This document shows positions 46,991 to 61,574 of a stretch of 64,000 nucleotides of DNA, one piece after another. The notes under the pieces are model-generated. The model searched no databases. It had not been told where the DNA came from and worked only from the letters and a program-made list of their open reading frames with translations. Source of the DNA: Eledone cirrhosa (lineage: Eukaryota); NCBI GenBank assembly GCA_964016885.1, contig OZ024742.1:310806001-310870000 (forward strand), in the 5' to 3' direction. The translations under genes were made by a program, and so were the position numbers. Position 1 is the stretch's first letter, and every line of letters starts with the position of its first letter.

Positions 46991-47949
46991 ACCGTTTTTA
47001 ATTTTTACCTTGTAGGCTTATTTAGAATTTTATTTCGTAACCGTAATACAATTTTCTATTAGTTGACCTATACTAAAGAGTTATGTATATTATAATTTCC
47101 TAGTTCCATATTATGGAAAGAAGTTGTGGTGAATCTTTGGAATAGTGCTTACTAAATATTAATGGCCCTAATAGTTGTTCCGATATTCAAAAGGAGCCCG
47201 CCAATGTAAGCCGTGTAGAGTGCCATTTAGCAAGACACTTTCTTGGAGGAAGGTGATCAGTTTCCCTCTGGTTACTATGTCATTAATATGTAAGGTCAGA
47301 AAAACTCTTCCTCCTTTCTGGATAGGGTATATTATACATTCCTTTACATTTTAAGGGAGTTTACCACAAGCAAATAGGATTTGGAAAAGATGTCTGCAGT
47401 GGTTTTGATGAGGCCTTTTTTACATGATCATTAGAAGAACCACTGGAAATACATCAAGCCTTGAGGTTGATTTTACGTTCATGTCATCGATGTCTGGTGT
47501 TACGTATTTATGTCGATATATTCGATGGGTTCTATATTACTGTATAAGGTTTTAGTGTGAAAGAACTCATCTGGCTTCTCTGTATTTGCATGAGCTTCTC
47601 TGAGAAGGAAAAACATATTGCAGTTCATATTCAGTATTTCAGGCAGTGAGTGTATCATATAATGTACTGAAGCTATCCTTTTTGCAAATTTATAGATGTC
47701 GTAGGTTTTATTTTATGTTTTCTACAGACCCGGGTCCCTTCTCTAGTCTTTTGACTGAGTATATTTTCAATTTCATGTAGAACAATTTTCAATGGGATGT
47801 TTCGCAGTCTTTCATATATTTATATCGGCGATTTTAGATATTTGTTCCTCTCATTAGAACTTTTCTGTCTTTCGAAATTATATTTTTGCATATGCACGCT
47901 TGCTTTGCTCTCTATGACATAAGTAATACATAGATTTGCATTATTGGTA

Positions 47950-48140
47950 TAAGCGGTAGATTGGCAGTATCGGTAGAGGGTCGGGCGCCATGCTTTGAAG
48001 CATAGAGTTACCTCCCTTTATGATCTGGGTTCAAATCCTGCCGAGGTTAACTTTGCCTTTCATCCTTACGGGGTCGATAAAATAAAGTACCAGTAATGCA
48101 CTGGGATAATTGCTGGCCTGGTGCCAAAAGTAGAAACTAT
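47950..48140 (+). mobile_element. Full-length SINE with TSD of about 14 bp
   Basis: ttattgg(t/c)ataagc flanks; A-box tggcagtatcgg, B-box gttcaaatcc. Confidence 0.88.
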
Positions 48141-48749
48141 TATTGGCATAAGCTGTTTAGGGTTTATATCAGTCTTTTAAGCCAGTTTTGTTTGTGCAAC
48201 ACTTTCTGAATCATATCCCAGTTAAATTTGTGAAGGTTCAGACAGGATAAAATGTCTGTGCTTCCTGTAGGGGACATATCTACTTTTTACGTGTATACAC
48301 TGTATGTTCTACTATGTTGTGATTCGCAAAAGTCGTTCGCTTTACATAAATAACACATAGTGTTATTTATGAAACAGAGACATAGGATAATTTAGGTGGA
48401 GTACTATTTATACCGAGAACATTATGTTCGGAAGGTCAAGCAAGGATTCTGCTTGCAGCAATATGCCTGAGAGACTGAGGCCCTCGGGCCATTTGAAACT
48501 GAGGAGACTGAGGAACGTGATAAAAATATATTTATGAGATAATGCAGTTTGTTTACTTGTTCAATAATTCTAAAGATATCTTAAAATTTATTCATATGAT
48601 TTTAAGTGTCTGGTAGACGATATTTGCTACATATAACTATCTTAAGTTGGTTTATATGCACTATTAGTGTGTCACGGAAAATGTTGGGGTAGGAAAACAG
48701 GACATACATATAAACGCTGCAATACACACACACACACTGCATATGTATG

Positions 48750-48851
<102 letters not shown>

Positions 48852-48857
48852 CATACA

Positions 48858-48963
<106 letters not shown>

Positions 48964-50079
48964 TATTTATATGTATATATACACGCACGCAGAGACAAAT
49001 TATATATATACACATATATATATATATATATAATATATATATATATATATAATATATATATATATATGTGTGTGTGTATATATATAATTTGTCTCTGCGT
49101 GCGTGTATATATACATATAAATATGCACACACACATATTTGTATGTGTATATAATATATGTGCGTGTGTGTGTGTATGTGTGTGTGTGTGTGTATGTGTG
49201 TCTGTCTGTGTGTTTGTGTGTATATATAATGAGATTTGTGTATGTTTGCACAGGAGACATTTATTTATATAAAATTATCTTAATGGTCTCTGCATGAGCA
49301 TGTACGTGCGTGCACGTGTGCGTGGGTATGTGAACGTCTGTGTATGTGTTAGTCCATGCATGTAAGCATAAATATGTAATTGGAATATACTGTCTATATG
49401 GGAATGTGAGATAGCTACTTAACTTTGATTCTTGAACCGGGTGACTTCCGGTTGCACTGTCACATGGGAAAAAATATTTGATACCCGATCCGAATTTTCA
49501 TTAAGCAAAAGTCGCGAGAAATAAACATATTAGAACATGTCTTTTAACGAACCAACTGTTTATGTTCTTCTTCTGAAGAATTTACTTTGATTTTCTCATC
49601 ACAGACATAGAGGAATAAAAACAGAAAAAGATAGTCTCTAGTCCTCCCCATCACCACAAACACAGACACATATTTTACCTCTGAATTCATTTCTGTACAT
49701 CTTTTTCTATTACTCATGTGACGTCTTCCTGTCTTACTATTTAATAATTAATTACTTTTTCTCCGTTTTTTTTTTTGTTGTTGTTGTTTTTTCTGGGGGG
49801 TTTTGTTTGTTTTTTGTTCGATTTTTTTTTTTTTATGTTTCCCTTCTCTCTTCATTCACCAAAATATACTTATATTACTTATAGGTTCAGTATATGTAAT
49901 ATTTGATGATATTCCTTATGAAAAGCTATTTATTTTGTCCACTCCCTTTTCAGAAAGGACCTCATTTTGTTTTGCTTTTTTATTGTTCTTGTTATTCTTA
50001 TTGTTTACTTACACACTCTGTTTTCTTTACCTTTATTTCTTTATCCCTTCAAATATCTATGTACTTCTCCATTCTTTCT

Positions 50080-50118
<39 letters not shown>

Positions 50119-50184
50119 CGCTCGCTCGCTCGCTCTCTCTCTCTCTTTTTCTCTCTCCCTTCTCTCTCTCTCTATATATATATA

Positions 50185-50237
<53 letters not shown>

Positions 50238-50467
50238 GTATATATATATATATACACACACATATATTCCGAGCCATGCCTGGAAGGATACACATGAAGC
50301 TCCAAGCAAACAACTTGAGAACTAGAACTCTCTTAAATGAAACCTAATAGGGTGATCCTCCCGTTGTTGGATATCTCAGATCAGGAAAGGTCAAACAGCG
50401 TGGGATTTTGTTTTGGATAAATTATTGAGTTGCATTAAGTTGTATTCAAATGTCATCTCGAAATATA

Positions 50468-50555
<88 letters not shown>

Positions 50556-51399
50556 AGGAAGATTTAATATAGAAAAGGCTTCTACAGGACTAGAACTGTT
50601 TTGCAAATATTTCTGGGCGATCTTTCATCGTGAATGGTTACTCCAATGCATTTAAACTGCTACATTGTCTCTAGTTTCTGTTCTTGTACTGTGGTGACAC
50701 CATTTGAACTGTCCATTGGCGAAGGCTTTCGTCAAGGTTACTAATTCAACCAATTCATCATCTCTTCCTTCCAATCCATCGATGTTGTTCCGCAAATCCT
50801 AGATCTGTGATGTTTCTCCTTTGGGTGTTGAGTGTACCCATATAGTCTTAAAGTAGCGTGAAACCCCCCGCAACTGTATCTTGTATGAGGACAGCACTGG
50901 TTCATTTAGAATAAAACTGTTGGATAGCATGTATCAACTTCTGCACCATGTTGTGTTTCAGCTATTCCAATTCACTTGGCTTCGCCGAAGCTTTGATTGA
51001 TCCGAGGCTTGGCTTGGTCCGAAGCTATGGGTAAGAGCAATTTACCTGCTCAAATAGATGCATCTCGTGGTTGATCTTAGACCCTTATGATTGCAAAGTG
51101 AACTTCTTATAAATTATTGAATTAGTCTACTTTGAAGTAGGAATAAGATCACAATTCATCGTATCTCATGCTCTAACTATTTCATCTAATCACCACCTAA
51201 AACTGGTATTTTATTTATAAAACCCCGGAAGACTGAATGCCAGTTGTTTTTTACGCTATAAACAATTTTCAATAATAATTTTACTATTACGGATCGTTGC
51301 TTATTCTGACTAATAAATACAGCATATCACTTTCCTAAATATATTTCCAATAAAGCTATTGCTCTTTGCATGACAGTAATTTGAAATATAGAAGAGAAC

Positions 51400-51803
<404 letters not shown>

Positions 51804-53123
51804 TAAATATATGTGAGTGTGTGTGTTTTCACACACACACATACACACATATCCATATATATATATATATAAACATGCATATGTATATATTATATATATA
51901 TATATATAAACATGCCATATATATATATGTGTGTGTGTGTGTGTGTAAAAGATACCATATATGTGTGTGTGTGTGTGTGTGTGTGTATACACACATATAT
52001 ATGAAAGAAAGAAAACAAATCAATTTCTATTTTCATTTCACAGAATTTTTTACATCAAAATTGTGGAACCCCTGGGGTAGGAATGTACCTACTATTTGCG
52101 GAACACTGCACCTAACATACTCCTATATTGTATACATTAGACTATAAATCTGATATTTAGAGTTTAACTTCTAAAAATACTTTTCTGAATGACTTCACAT
52201 GTAACGAAGCGAACACGTTGTAAAATTAAGAAATGCTTGTTTCAAGATGGATTCTTATTTATTTATTTATTTTTAATTACGCTCTTAAAACCGATCTATA
52301 TGTTAGTTACGAAAACGAATATAGGCCGGGATAACCCTTTTCCGTTTCAAGGGACTGTCGTATATCTCTGGTGTCATTCTTGTCGCTTCGGCCATAAACA
52401 CAGGAATTGCCGCCTGCTATCCAGAGGAGTGGGAGATGAATAAATACTATTCCTTAATGGACAGGCTCATTTTGCGCCATTTTGTTTTGAGACATCAGAT
52501 GTCTTCGACACTCCGATTGCCGTTCTTCTCTAACAAATAAGGATAAGAGCATAGAGACTGATTGGTGAGCCCTTTCAGATAAAATGTCTGATGTAGCGAA
52601 TAATCTATTCATCGCCGAAACACTTGTCTGCTGGGTGTAGCGGAGAGATGTGCTTTTCGACCGAGGTAGTTGATTTTGCTTGTAATTTTTAATTCATTTT
52701 TTAAAAATCATATTTTGTTTATATATTTATTTATTTTTGCTGTGTATACTTTTAAAAATGTGATTAACACTTCTACGCACGTGCCTAGATGATTTGTTAT
52801 GTGACATTTTATATAGCATTTTTGTCAGCTGATCTGGTGATGAGAATGTTACTACATATTAAAAGTAATAAGATACAAACTTACATTCTGCGGTATTTTA
52901 ATATGATTGATAAAAACTGCTAACACTGCAACATACAGCGAGACTATGTCATCGAATATTCTGTGGTTTTTAGACATTTCTGGCTCATATTTGATTGATT
53001 ACTAAATTAATAAGGGGTATAGATATCACACATACACACATGCATTCACACATTATATATATATATATATACATATGTTAGTTAGGTGTGTAACTGTTAT
53101 AGGCGCCATACACACACACACAA

Positions 53124-53218
<95 letters not shown>

Positions 53219-53239
53219 CATACATATATATGTATATAC

Positions 53240-53289
<50 letters not shown>

Positions 53290-53328
53290 TACATATATAC
53301 ATATATATATATACATATATATATATAC

Positions 53329-53361
<33 letters not shown>

Positions 53362-53923
53362 AATATATATACATCTTTGATGGGTTTCTACCAGATTTGG
53401 CTCGGACATAACTTAGTAGCACCACCTGGAGAAGTCGTTTAGATCAAAGGTTATCATCGGGGACCATATGCCCCGTGGGGAGGGGCGTTTTGAAGCAAGA
53501 GGGGGGGGGGGGGGGGGGGGGGCGTTAGGGGTCGTTGAAAGCTGGGGGGGGGGGGGCTAGAGGAGCGCTGGAAGCCCCTTTAGTTTGGCAAGTTTTATAA
53601 GTCATATTTGTACGTCTCTGAGACAGCCAGTGTGAATGCATTTGAATGAAGAAAACGAAGAAAACAAATAAAAGAAGCTTGTCAACGAATTCCCTAGGAA
53701 GATAAAAGAAAAACAAAAGAAATCAAAGAAAATGAACATAAGAATATCAACTTTGACAATAGTTACAAGAACAACTTCAACAGAAATGACAACAAAAAGA
53801 AGCAATTGTGATGAAAGGTGTGGGTGTATACATACATACGAACATACACGCACATGCATACGTACATACATACAAACATACATACATACATACATACATA
53901 CATACATACATACATACATACAT

Positions 53924-53964
<41 letters not shown>

Positions 53965-53982
53965 AACAAACAGACACACACA

Positions 53983-54029
<47 letters not shown>

Positions 54030-54294
54030 ACACACACACACATAATGCACACACAGGCCTGCGTTGCTGTTTAATGAAGTCCAGAACCTGGTCAGCTTTC
54101 AGCCAGAGCTGTGGTATTTAATCTCCCTAGGTAATAAAATCTGGAACCAGAATTTTCTCTTTACCCCCAAAAAATAAATAAATAAATCATGTCAACATCC
54201 TTACACACTTAAATATAAATGCATGTATATATACAAATGTATAAATGCATAGCTATATACAAACGTAAATGTATGTATATATGTATGTATGTAG

Positions 54295-54372
<78 letters not shown>

Positions 54373-54578
54373 AACGAAGGAAATGTGGTAAGGAACCAGA
54401 TGGACCATAACGCACCAAAGTACTCAATACTTAGGGTAGTAGAGTGGGTAATAGGAACGAGTAGGACCCCGACGGCTGAGCACAAGCCGTTTCGACGGCT
54501 AATTCAGGACTAAATTTAGTCCAGAATTAGCCTTCGAAATGGCTTGAGCTCAGCCGTGGGGGTCCTACTCGTTCCTAT
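54373..54578 (-). mobile_element. Family A fold-back copy (64-bp arms, no spacer)
   Basis: Centre 54514/54515; tail 54373-54450. Confidence 0.9.
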
Positions 54579-54602
54579 ATATCTACATATATATACACAC
54601 AT

Positions 54603-54668
<66 letters not shown>

Positions 54669-54790
54669 CTACATATATACACACACACAGACATATTTGG
54701 ATTACATTTAGTTCTTCATACGGATTGGACACTACTGTATAATTTGGTAGATTTTTCTACATATATATATATATATATATATACATATAT

Positions 54791-54987
54791 AGGTAAGTTA
54801 TTCCTGGTTGAATCGGAGGTAACCACAGTAAGTAAGGTACTTTATACATAGCAGAATATAAAAGTTTTAATATCGAAGAGAATGTACAGGTCTAGAACTG
54901 TTTATTTCGTGAGAAATCATCAGGAATCTGACAGTCAGATTCCTGATGATTTCTCACTAATGAAACAGTTCTAGTCTTGTAGAATCT

Positions 54988-54990
<3 letters not shown>
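54791..54990 (-). mobile_element. Fold-back element with HHR motif
   Basis: Centre ctgac-a-gtcag at 54933; gattc-CTGATGA-tttctcactaat-GAAA-cag ttctagtc ttg-TA-gaatc at 54938-54986. Confidence 0.7.
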
Positions 54991-55048
<58 letters not shown>

Positions 55049-55420
55049 TTAGCGAGAATTGCATTTCGGCGGTGGGTAGAAATTAGCGAAACGCCACTTC
55101 CATATTGTGCAGACAAGCGCTCCATGGATATGAAGAAGATACCAGAGCTATAAACATAAGTTAAAATGGTCATACACGCTGAGACGATGGTTAAGAAGCC
55201 ATTAACCACCATAGCCATAAAAGCGAACATGCTAAACGGGTCAAACAAAATGAGATATGATTGAAATATTTACCCGGACCCTCGGGGAAGATGGAATACT
55301 CCGAAATTGGGTTTCTGCAACACCTAAATCAATAATACTGTCTTATAAAAAAAATAAGCTTTTGGTATAATGATCGAACAAAGCATCGCTTTCTCAACAG
55401 GTTTTTGTTCTTCTTGCGCC

Positions 55421-56035
55421 ATGCAATGAAATATCTATGATCGTCGGCAAATCACTGATGAGGGACTCATTTTATTACATGTTATCCATGTGCTACCTGC
55501 AGTATTTTTCTCTATATTTTATTACATATATTTACCCAAACTGCGATTCTGTGTTTTTTTCTCTCTCTCTCTTACTGCTCCCCCATTCTCTCTGTTTCTC
55601 CTACCTTCTTTCGCCCCCTCTGTCATGTCAGTTAACTCTTCCTCACACTTTCACTCACTCACTGTTTCTCCTCTCTTCATTTCATCCTGTACACCACGAA
55701 GGCTATTTTTCTCTCTTCTCACATGGCCAGAGTTCGTGTCAGGTCTGTTTTCTAAAAGCTCATATATTCACCTAGCTTATGCTAAACAGAATAATTTTGA
55801 AGCTTGTTTCTTTCCCCTACGGTTAGCTATACTCTTTGTTGTTCTCCTGTCTCACTCGCTTTACGCGTTTCAATTGTCCTAATAACTTATTTTGGTTATT
55901 ATTGCACCGACGTGAGGTATATGATTTTTAATGCAATGAAATATCTATGATCGTCGGCAAATCACTGATGAGGGACTCATTTTATTACATGTTATCCATG
56001 TGCTACCTGCAGTATTTTTCTCTATATTTTATTAT
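55421..56035 (+). mobile_element. 510-bp monomer with 104-bp terminal direct repeats
   Basis: 55421-55524 matches 55931-56035; contains cactgatgagggac. Confidence 0.75.
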
Positions 56036-56189
56036 ATATATATATATATATATATAGGTAGAACACTGGAAGCTAATATCTGTAGTGGTAGAGCACTCAG
56101 TCCATGGGTATTAGTATTGCCTGAGTGAAGTGACCGATTCTGCACGTGCGCGTTCGTACGGTTGTCCTTCCTGTTCCGTATAACCATGT

Positions 56190-56239
56190 CCATTACGAGC
56201 TGAGGATCCGCTAAGGTGAAACAATTGTTCTCGATATGG
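56190..56239 (+). ncRNA. Minimal hammerhead motif in an insert of about 210 bp between (TA)n tracts
   Basis: ccattacgag-CTGAGGA-tcc gctaa ggt-GAAA-caattg-TT-ctcgatatgg. Confidence 0.65.
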
Positions 56240-56314
56240 TGAACTAACTGTTGAGTAACCACTTCTATATATATATATATATATATATACATCTACATAT
56301 ATATATACATATAC

Positions 56315-56399
<85 letters not shown>

Positions 56400-56437
56400 A
56401 ATCTACTTACATATATATGTATGTATGTCGGTTTATA

Positions 56438-58176
56438 TATGTCAGGTCACCAGTTGGTGCTACTGGTAACATGTATCCCAGTACAACCTGTCTCATTGTC
56501 GGGTCGTTGGCGACTAAACTGGCAACCCACCAAGGTTTCTTGGTGAGGAGGGTGACTTTGGACATCCTGCAGGACTAAAAACAAAACCTGTCAAAGGACA
56601 AAGGAGCTCTTAAGAGTCAATGGCCATCCAAAATCACCGGGAGAGATAACCCCTTAGCTTTTGTCAAGGCAGAATTCTAGGAGAAGGAAAACTCTGATAT
56701 ATCACCTGCAACCCTGATGGTATCCAATGATGTTGACTTGTTATTCTTTCTGGTAAATATCATCTTGGTTAAGAGAGTGGGACTGGCTTTGTGCAGTGCC
56801 TTTGCTCACTATAAAAGCTTCACGGCACAGGCATTGATTTATATCTGGAGATCTCTCTGCACTTGTCGTTACATGGTACCATAGGCCCAGCACTATGTGT
56901 CAATAATTGTTACAAGTGTAGTGTTTGTACCAGAGTGTTTAAGTCGCTGGCTGGACTAAAAAGTCACACTCGTTCAGCGCATCGGTAGGAGTTGTCCTAC
57001 ATGGATATAAAGTAGTGGCCGTAGTCGAAAACGAGTTGGCAGCCACCATGTATATATATATGTGTGTATGTATGTATGTATGTATGTATGTATGTATGTA
57101 TGTATGTATGTATGTATGTATGTATGTATGTATGTGTGTATGTATATGTCAGGTCACCAGTTGGTGCTACTGGTAACATGTATCCCAGTACAACCTGTCT
57201 CATGGTCGGGTCGTTGGCGACTAAACTGGCAACCCCACCAAGGTTTCTTGGTGAGGAGGGTGACTTTGGACATCCTGCAGGACTAAAAACAAAACCTGTC
57301 AAAGGGCAAAGGAGCTCTTAAGAGTCAATGGCCATCCAAAATCACTGGGAGAGATGTCCCCTTAGCCTTTGTCAAGGCAGAATTCTAGGAGAAGGAAAAC
57401 TCTGATATAACACCTGCAACCCTGATGGTATCCAATGATGTTGACTTGTTCTTCTTTTTGGTAAATATCATCTTGGTTAAGAGAGTGGGACTGGCTTTGT
57501 GCAGTGCCTTAATAGCTTAACAGCACAGGCATTGCTTTATATCTGGAGATCTCTCTGCACTTGCCGTCACATGGTACCATGGGCCCAGCACTGTGTCAAT
57601 AATTGTCACAAGTGTAGTTCTTTGTACCAGAGTTTTCAAGTCGCTGGCTGGACTAAAAATTCACACTCGTTCAGCGCATCGGTAGGGGTTCTCCTACATG
57701 GATATAAAGTAGTGGCCGTACTCGAAAACGAGTTGGCAGCCACCATGTATGTATATATATATATCCGGGAGAGATGACCCCTTAGCCTTTGTCAAGGCAG
57801 AATTCTAGGAGAAGGAAAATTCTGATATAACACCTGCAACCCTGATGGTATCCAATGATGTTGACTTGTTCTTCTTTTTAGTAAATATCATCTAGGCTAA
57901 GAGAGTCGGACTGGCTCTGTGCAGTGCCTTTGCTCACTATAAAAGCTTCACGGCAAAGGCTTTGCTTTGTATCTGGAGATCTCTCTGCACTTATCGTTAC
58001 ATGGTGCCATGGGTCCAGCACTATGTGTCAATAATTGTCACAGGTGTAATGTTTGTACCAGAGTTTTTAAGTCGCTGGCTGGACTAAAAAGTCACACTTG
58101 TTTAGCCATCGGTACGGGTTCTCCTACATGGATATAAAATAGTGGCCGTACTCGAAAACGAGTTGGCAGCCACCAT
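56438..58176 (+). repeat. Tandem element of about 610 bp, 2 full copies and 1 partial, separated by microsatellite
   Basis: 56438-57050, 57145-57747, 57766-58176; contains ctaggagaaggaaaactctga, reminiscent of RTE LINE 5' UTRs. Confidence 0.8.
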
Positions 58177-58312
58177 ATATATATATATATATTTATAAAT
58201 CTACATACATATATATATATATATAAATCTACATACATATATACATATATACATTCATACACTTACGTATGTATATAGCTATGCATTTATATTTAAGTGT
58301 GTAAGGATATAT

Positions 58313-58409
<97 letters not shown>

Positions 58410-58525
58410 CCCGCACACACATATATATATTTTTTTTTATATAAATAGGTTCTACCACGGGCCACAGAAAAGTAGTTCGCGGGCAGCATGTTTGAGCCCC
58501 CTGTTGGAGATAGATAGATAGATAC

Positions 58526-59910
58526 ATTTCTTTATTAGCCACAAGGGCACAAAAGAAGGGGACAAATACAAATGGGGAGTTTAGATACAGGTATATGAAA
58601 ATAAACTATTAATAAAATAACAAATAACAATTGAAATCCCCAAAAGGGGGGAGGTGTTACACAGGGGTTGTACACATCCCGAAAAAATGTACAACCCTCA
58701 TCCAGGCGCACCAAGAGTGAGTACTCCCTTCCTCTTTTTCCTCAACCTACAGGCTTATATAGAGAGAAGGCCCAACCACTCGGGCCATCTTTGCCACATT
58801 CCCCCACCTTTTATAAAATTTGCTGGGGTACAGCACCTCTCTCTCCATCCTGATTCTTCTTCCAAAATGATATTTGAAAAAACGCATCAGTTGCTCGCCG
58901 GAGAGAAAGGTGTCTGACCTCAGCCCTTTTAACCTCGTCCACCATATAACCTCTTTCACCATAGCCATAACACATAGGAAAACCGCCTCTCCCTCGTTTT
59001 TGAAGGAGGGTGGCGGTTTGATCATGACAATGGACTCGGTGGTCAACTGGATTGATCCCACCCGCGACAATAGTCGTTCTACATAGCCCCACAGGTCGGT
59101 AACGCCCGGGCAGTGTACAAATGCGTGCGCGACGGTTTCCTCGTCGCGCACGCATCTCGCACAGATCTTTTTCGAAGGGTCCCTGCCCGGGCGCCCGTGT
59201 CTGTAGAGCTTGTCTCTAACTGGTAGAGCTCCTCGGTAGCACTGTCAGGCCAAGGACTTTTGGAAGTTGTCCATTGGTCCCGGGCGGAAGGTCCTGCCGA
59301 ACATACTGGCCAGTTCGTCCTCCTTTACGCCCAGAGTTTCTCCGAGCGCGTCGTCGCACTTGCTGCGGACCAACCCTCTATAGAATGTCGAAGTGGAGTC
59401 TCCACTGATCGTCGGGTCCGTTTGCCAGAGGACTGTGAGCGCCTGAGCACATTCGATGTGCTAGTCGCCCATTTTCATCGGTCTTTGCTTGACCCAGGAC
59501 TGCAGCTCGGTCAGCGAGACGAGTCGTGGGAAGGCTCGCCTCACGAACGGGGCCCACACCGGTTGTGCGGTGAGGAATACGTGGAGGTACCGCAGCCTGA
59601 GCACATGTTTGCGCATCGTCGGCCACGGCAACCCCAGCCCTCCGTTTGAAGGGTGTTGGCAGCAGATGGATCTTCTCACCAAAGGAGCCCGTTTCTTCCA
59701 AAGGAATTGGAAGAGAGCGCGCTCCATTTTGGTGATCGTTTTGGCTGGACAAGACACGACGGTCAAGCGGTAGAAGATGACGGACGCTATAAAAGTGTTC
59801 GCCACCTCCGCTCGACCTTTCAAGGATAGTTTGCACTCGGCCCACTTCTGGGTGAGCGCAAACACCTTGGCCGTCACCTCGTTTCAGTTCTTCTCCACCT
59901 GGAGGTCCGG
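58526..59910 (-). mobile_element. Tx1/L1-clade LINE 3' fragment, paralog of 9666-11026, with stops
   Basis: LSLKGRAEVANTFIASVIFYRLTVV, ETVAHAFVHC; same 3' end gtggctaataaagaaat. Confidence 0.88.
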
Positions 59911-59912
59911 TT

Positions 59913-60044
59913 TGTGTGCCTTGGTTTTTGGTACAGAAAGAATTTTGTCTCCAGCTTTTATTGCCAGGTCAAAGGCCACTGCTCTTTGACCTGGCAATAA
60001 AAGCTGGAGACAAAATTCTTTCTGTACCAAAACCAAGGCACACA
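59913..60044. repeat. Inverted repeat (arms of about 61 bp, 9-nt loop)
   Basis: tgtgtgccttgg...gtcaaag gccactgct ctttgac...ccaaggcacaca. Confidence 0.9.
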
Positions 60045-60779
60045 CACACACACACAAGTTTTTGTGTGTGTATGTATGTGTGTGTGCGTGCGTGCGCGTT
60101 CATGTGTGTGTGTATCTATCTATGTATATATATAAGGGATACAGATAATGCTTTCTCACTGTCACCAAGCTTCTCAATTCATTCGTTGCTACTAAGTATT
60201 TTATTTTGCTACGAGGTATTTTATTTTGCAAGTTATTATTTTTCCCCTGAGTTTGTGATTTCAGAGAAAGGTAAGAAATTCTTCATATTTTGCATCTTTT
60301 GTATTTTGACTTTACAGTTTGAATTGTAGAATTGTCTATCCACTCAAAATATTACAACAGCTAACAGTGAAATATAGAATTTTAAAAAAAAGCTTTTTCG
60401 ACTGAGATCAAATTTTTGAGAACATTCACGTCTATTTTTCAAAAATATATAATTTGAAATAGCTTGCTTTTGTTTTGGACTGAAACTTTTTTGTATTTAA
60501 TTCGTACGAGTATTTTTTAAAGATTCTAACATAACTTGATTTGGCCCAGTAATCTACTGATATCGAAATCAGTAGTATATTGAAAAATGGAAAAATAGGG
60601 TAGGGGGGCGTTTTGTGGTTTCGACGGAGAACCTTTGCTTTAGATCATGATTCACACCTCAGTCATGTTTTGGACATTATGGCCCACTCTAGGAAAGGGT
60701 TATTGTTTTAAAAGACATTTTGAATTTCATGGGATCTCTTTCTGTTTTGATGTATTTTGGTATCATATTGAAGAGAACG

Positions 60780-61385
60780 GGACCAGCTGGGAGAAAGTAG
60801 TTGTGACGTAATGTTGTTGTGTGATGGGAGTTCGATTTTTGTTGTGGGTGGGTTTTAAAGTTGATGCCTACATCATTTGACCAATCCTGGTGGAATATTT
60901 TTCACATCATACAGATGATGTAGCGCTCACGAAGGCATCGGAGAACGTAGGGCTTGAGAGTTTTTCTAGTCGACTCCAATAGTCAAGGCCTGCTATGCCT
61001 TTCCTTTGTGTAATTGAACTCTGGGGTGGTTCCATTTTCATAATACTTTGTTCATGTGAGGAGACCGCAGTGGACAGCAGTATTCTAGGTGGGGCCGGGC
61101 AAAGGTAGAAAACAGAAGGATAATTGTGGGAATATCTCTCGACCGGAAAGTTCTAAGAATCCAGAAATACATCCTGCGGGCCATGTCAACTTTGTTGTTT
61201 ATCTGAGTTCACCAGCTTAAGTTCCTGTCAACAATTATTCCAAGATCTCTGGTGCTGTGAGATGCTACGAGTGTTTCACACGAGGAAAGAAAATATGGTA
61301 ACTTCAATGCATCCTCTTTTCCAAAGCAGATTAATTCAAATTTATCTTCGTTTACTAGCATATTGTTTTTTTCGCCTATTGGATA
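60780..61385 (-). mobile_element. CR1-group LINE RT C-terminal fragment
   Basis: NNMLVNEDKFELI, RDLGIIVDRNLSW, ILRTFRSRD, RPHLEYC, LDYWSRL. Confidence 0.8.
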
Positions 61386-61462
61386 ATAGCTATCAGATCC
61401 GATTGAAAGCATGTTCGGTTTCTCACTCTATATGGGGGTGGCGTATAGACACATATAGATGT

Positions 61463-61533
61463 ATGCATATATGCATATATGCATATATGCATATATGCAT
61501 ATATGCATATATGCATATATGCATATATGCATA
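61463..61533. repeat. (GCATATAT)n self-complementary 8-mer repeat
   Basis: Direct reading. Confidence 0.9.
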
Positions 61534-61574
61534 AATACATACGTTGAGATCCAATGTTGTTTCCGAAAACGAGT

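Noticed and set aside
46180-48300. Possible ancient LINE/PLE RT remnants on the minus strand (TLYSNI-like, LNAEKSQ-like)
   Set aside because: Too degenerate to delimit or classify by eye; needs a translated search.
52570-52635. ctgatgtagcga...tcgccgaaacacttgtc hammerhead-like string (also 55280-55315 and 44119-44150)
   Set aside because: Core deviates and stem I does not pair; possibly decayed motifs but not supportable.
53600-53820. Purine-rich exon-like stretch
   Set aside because: Stops in all plus frames upstream, no good splice acceptor, and no recognisable protein.
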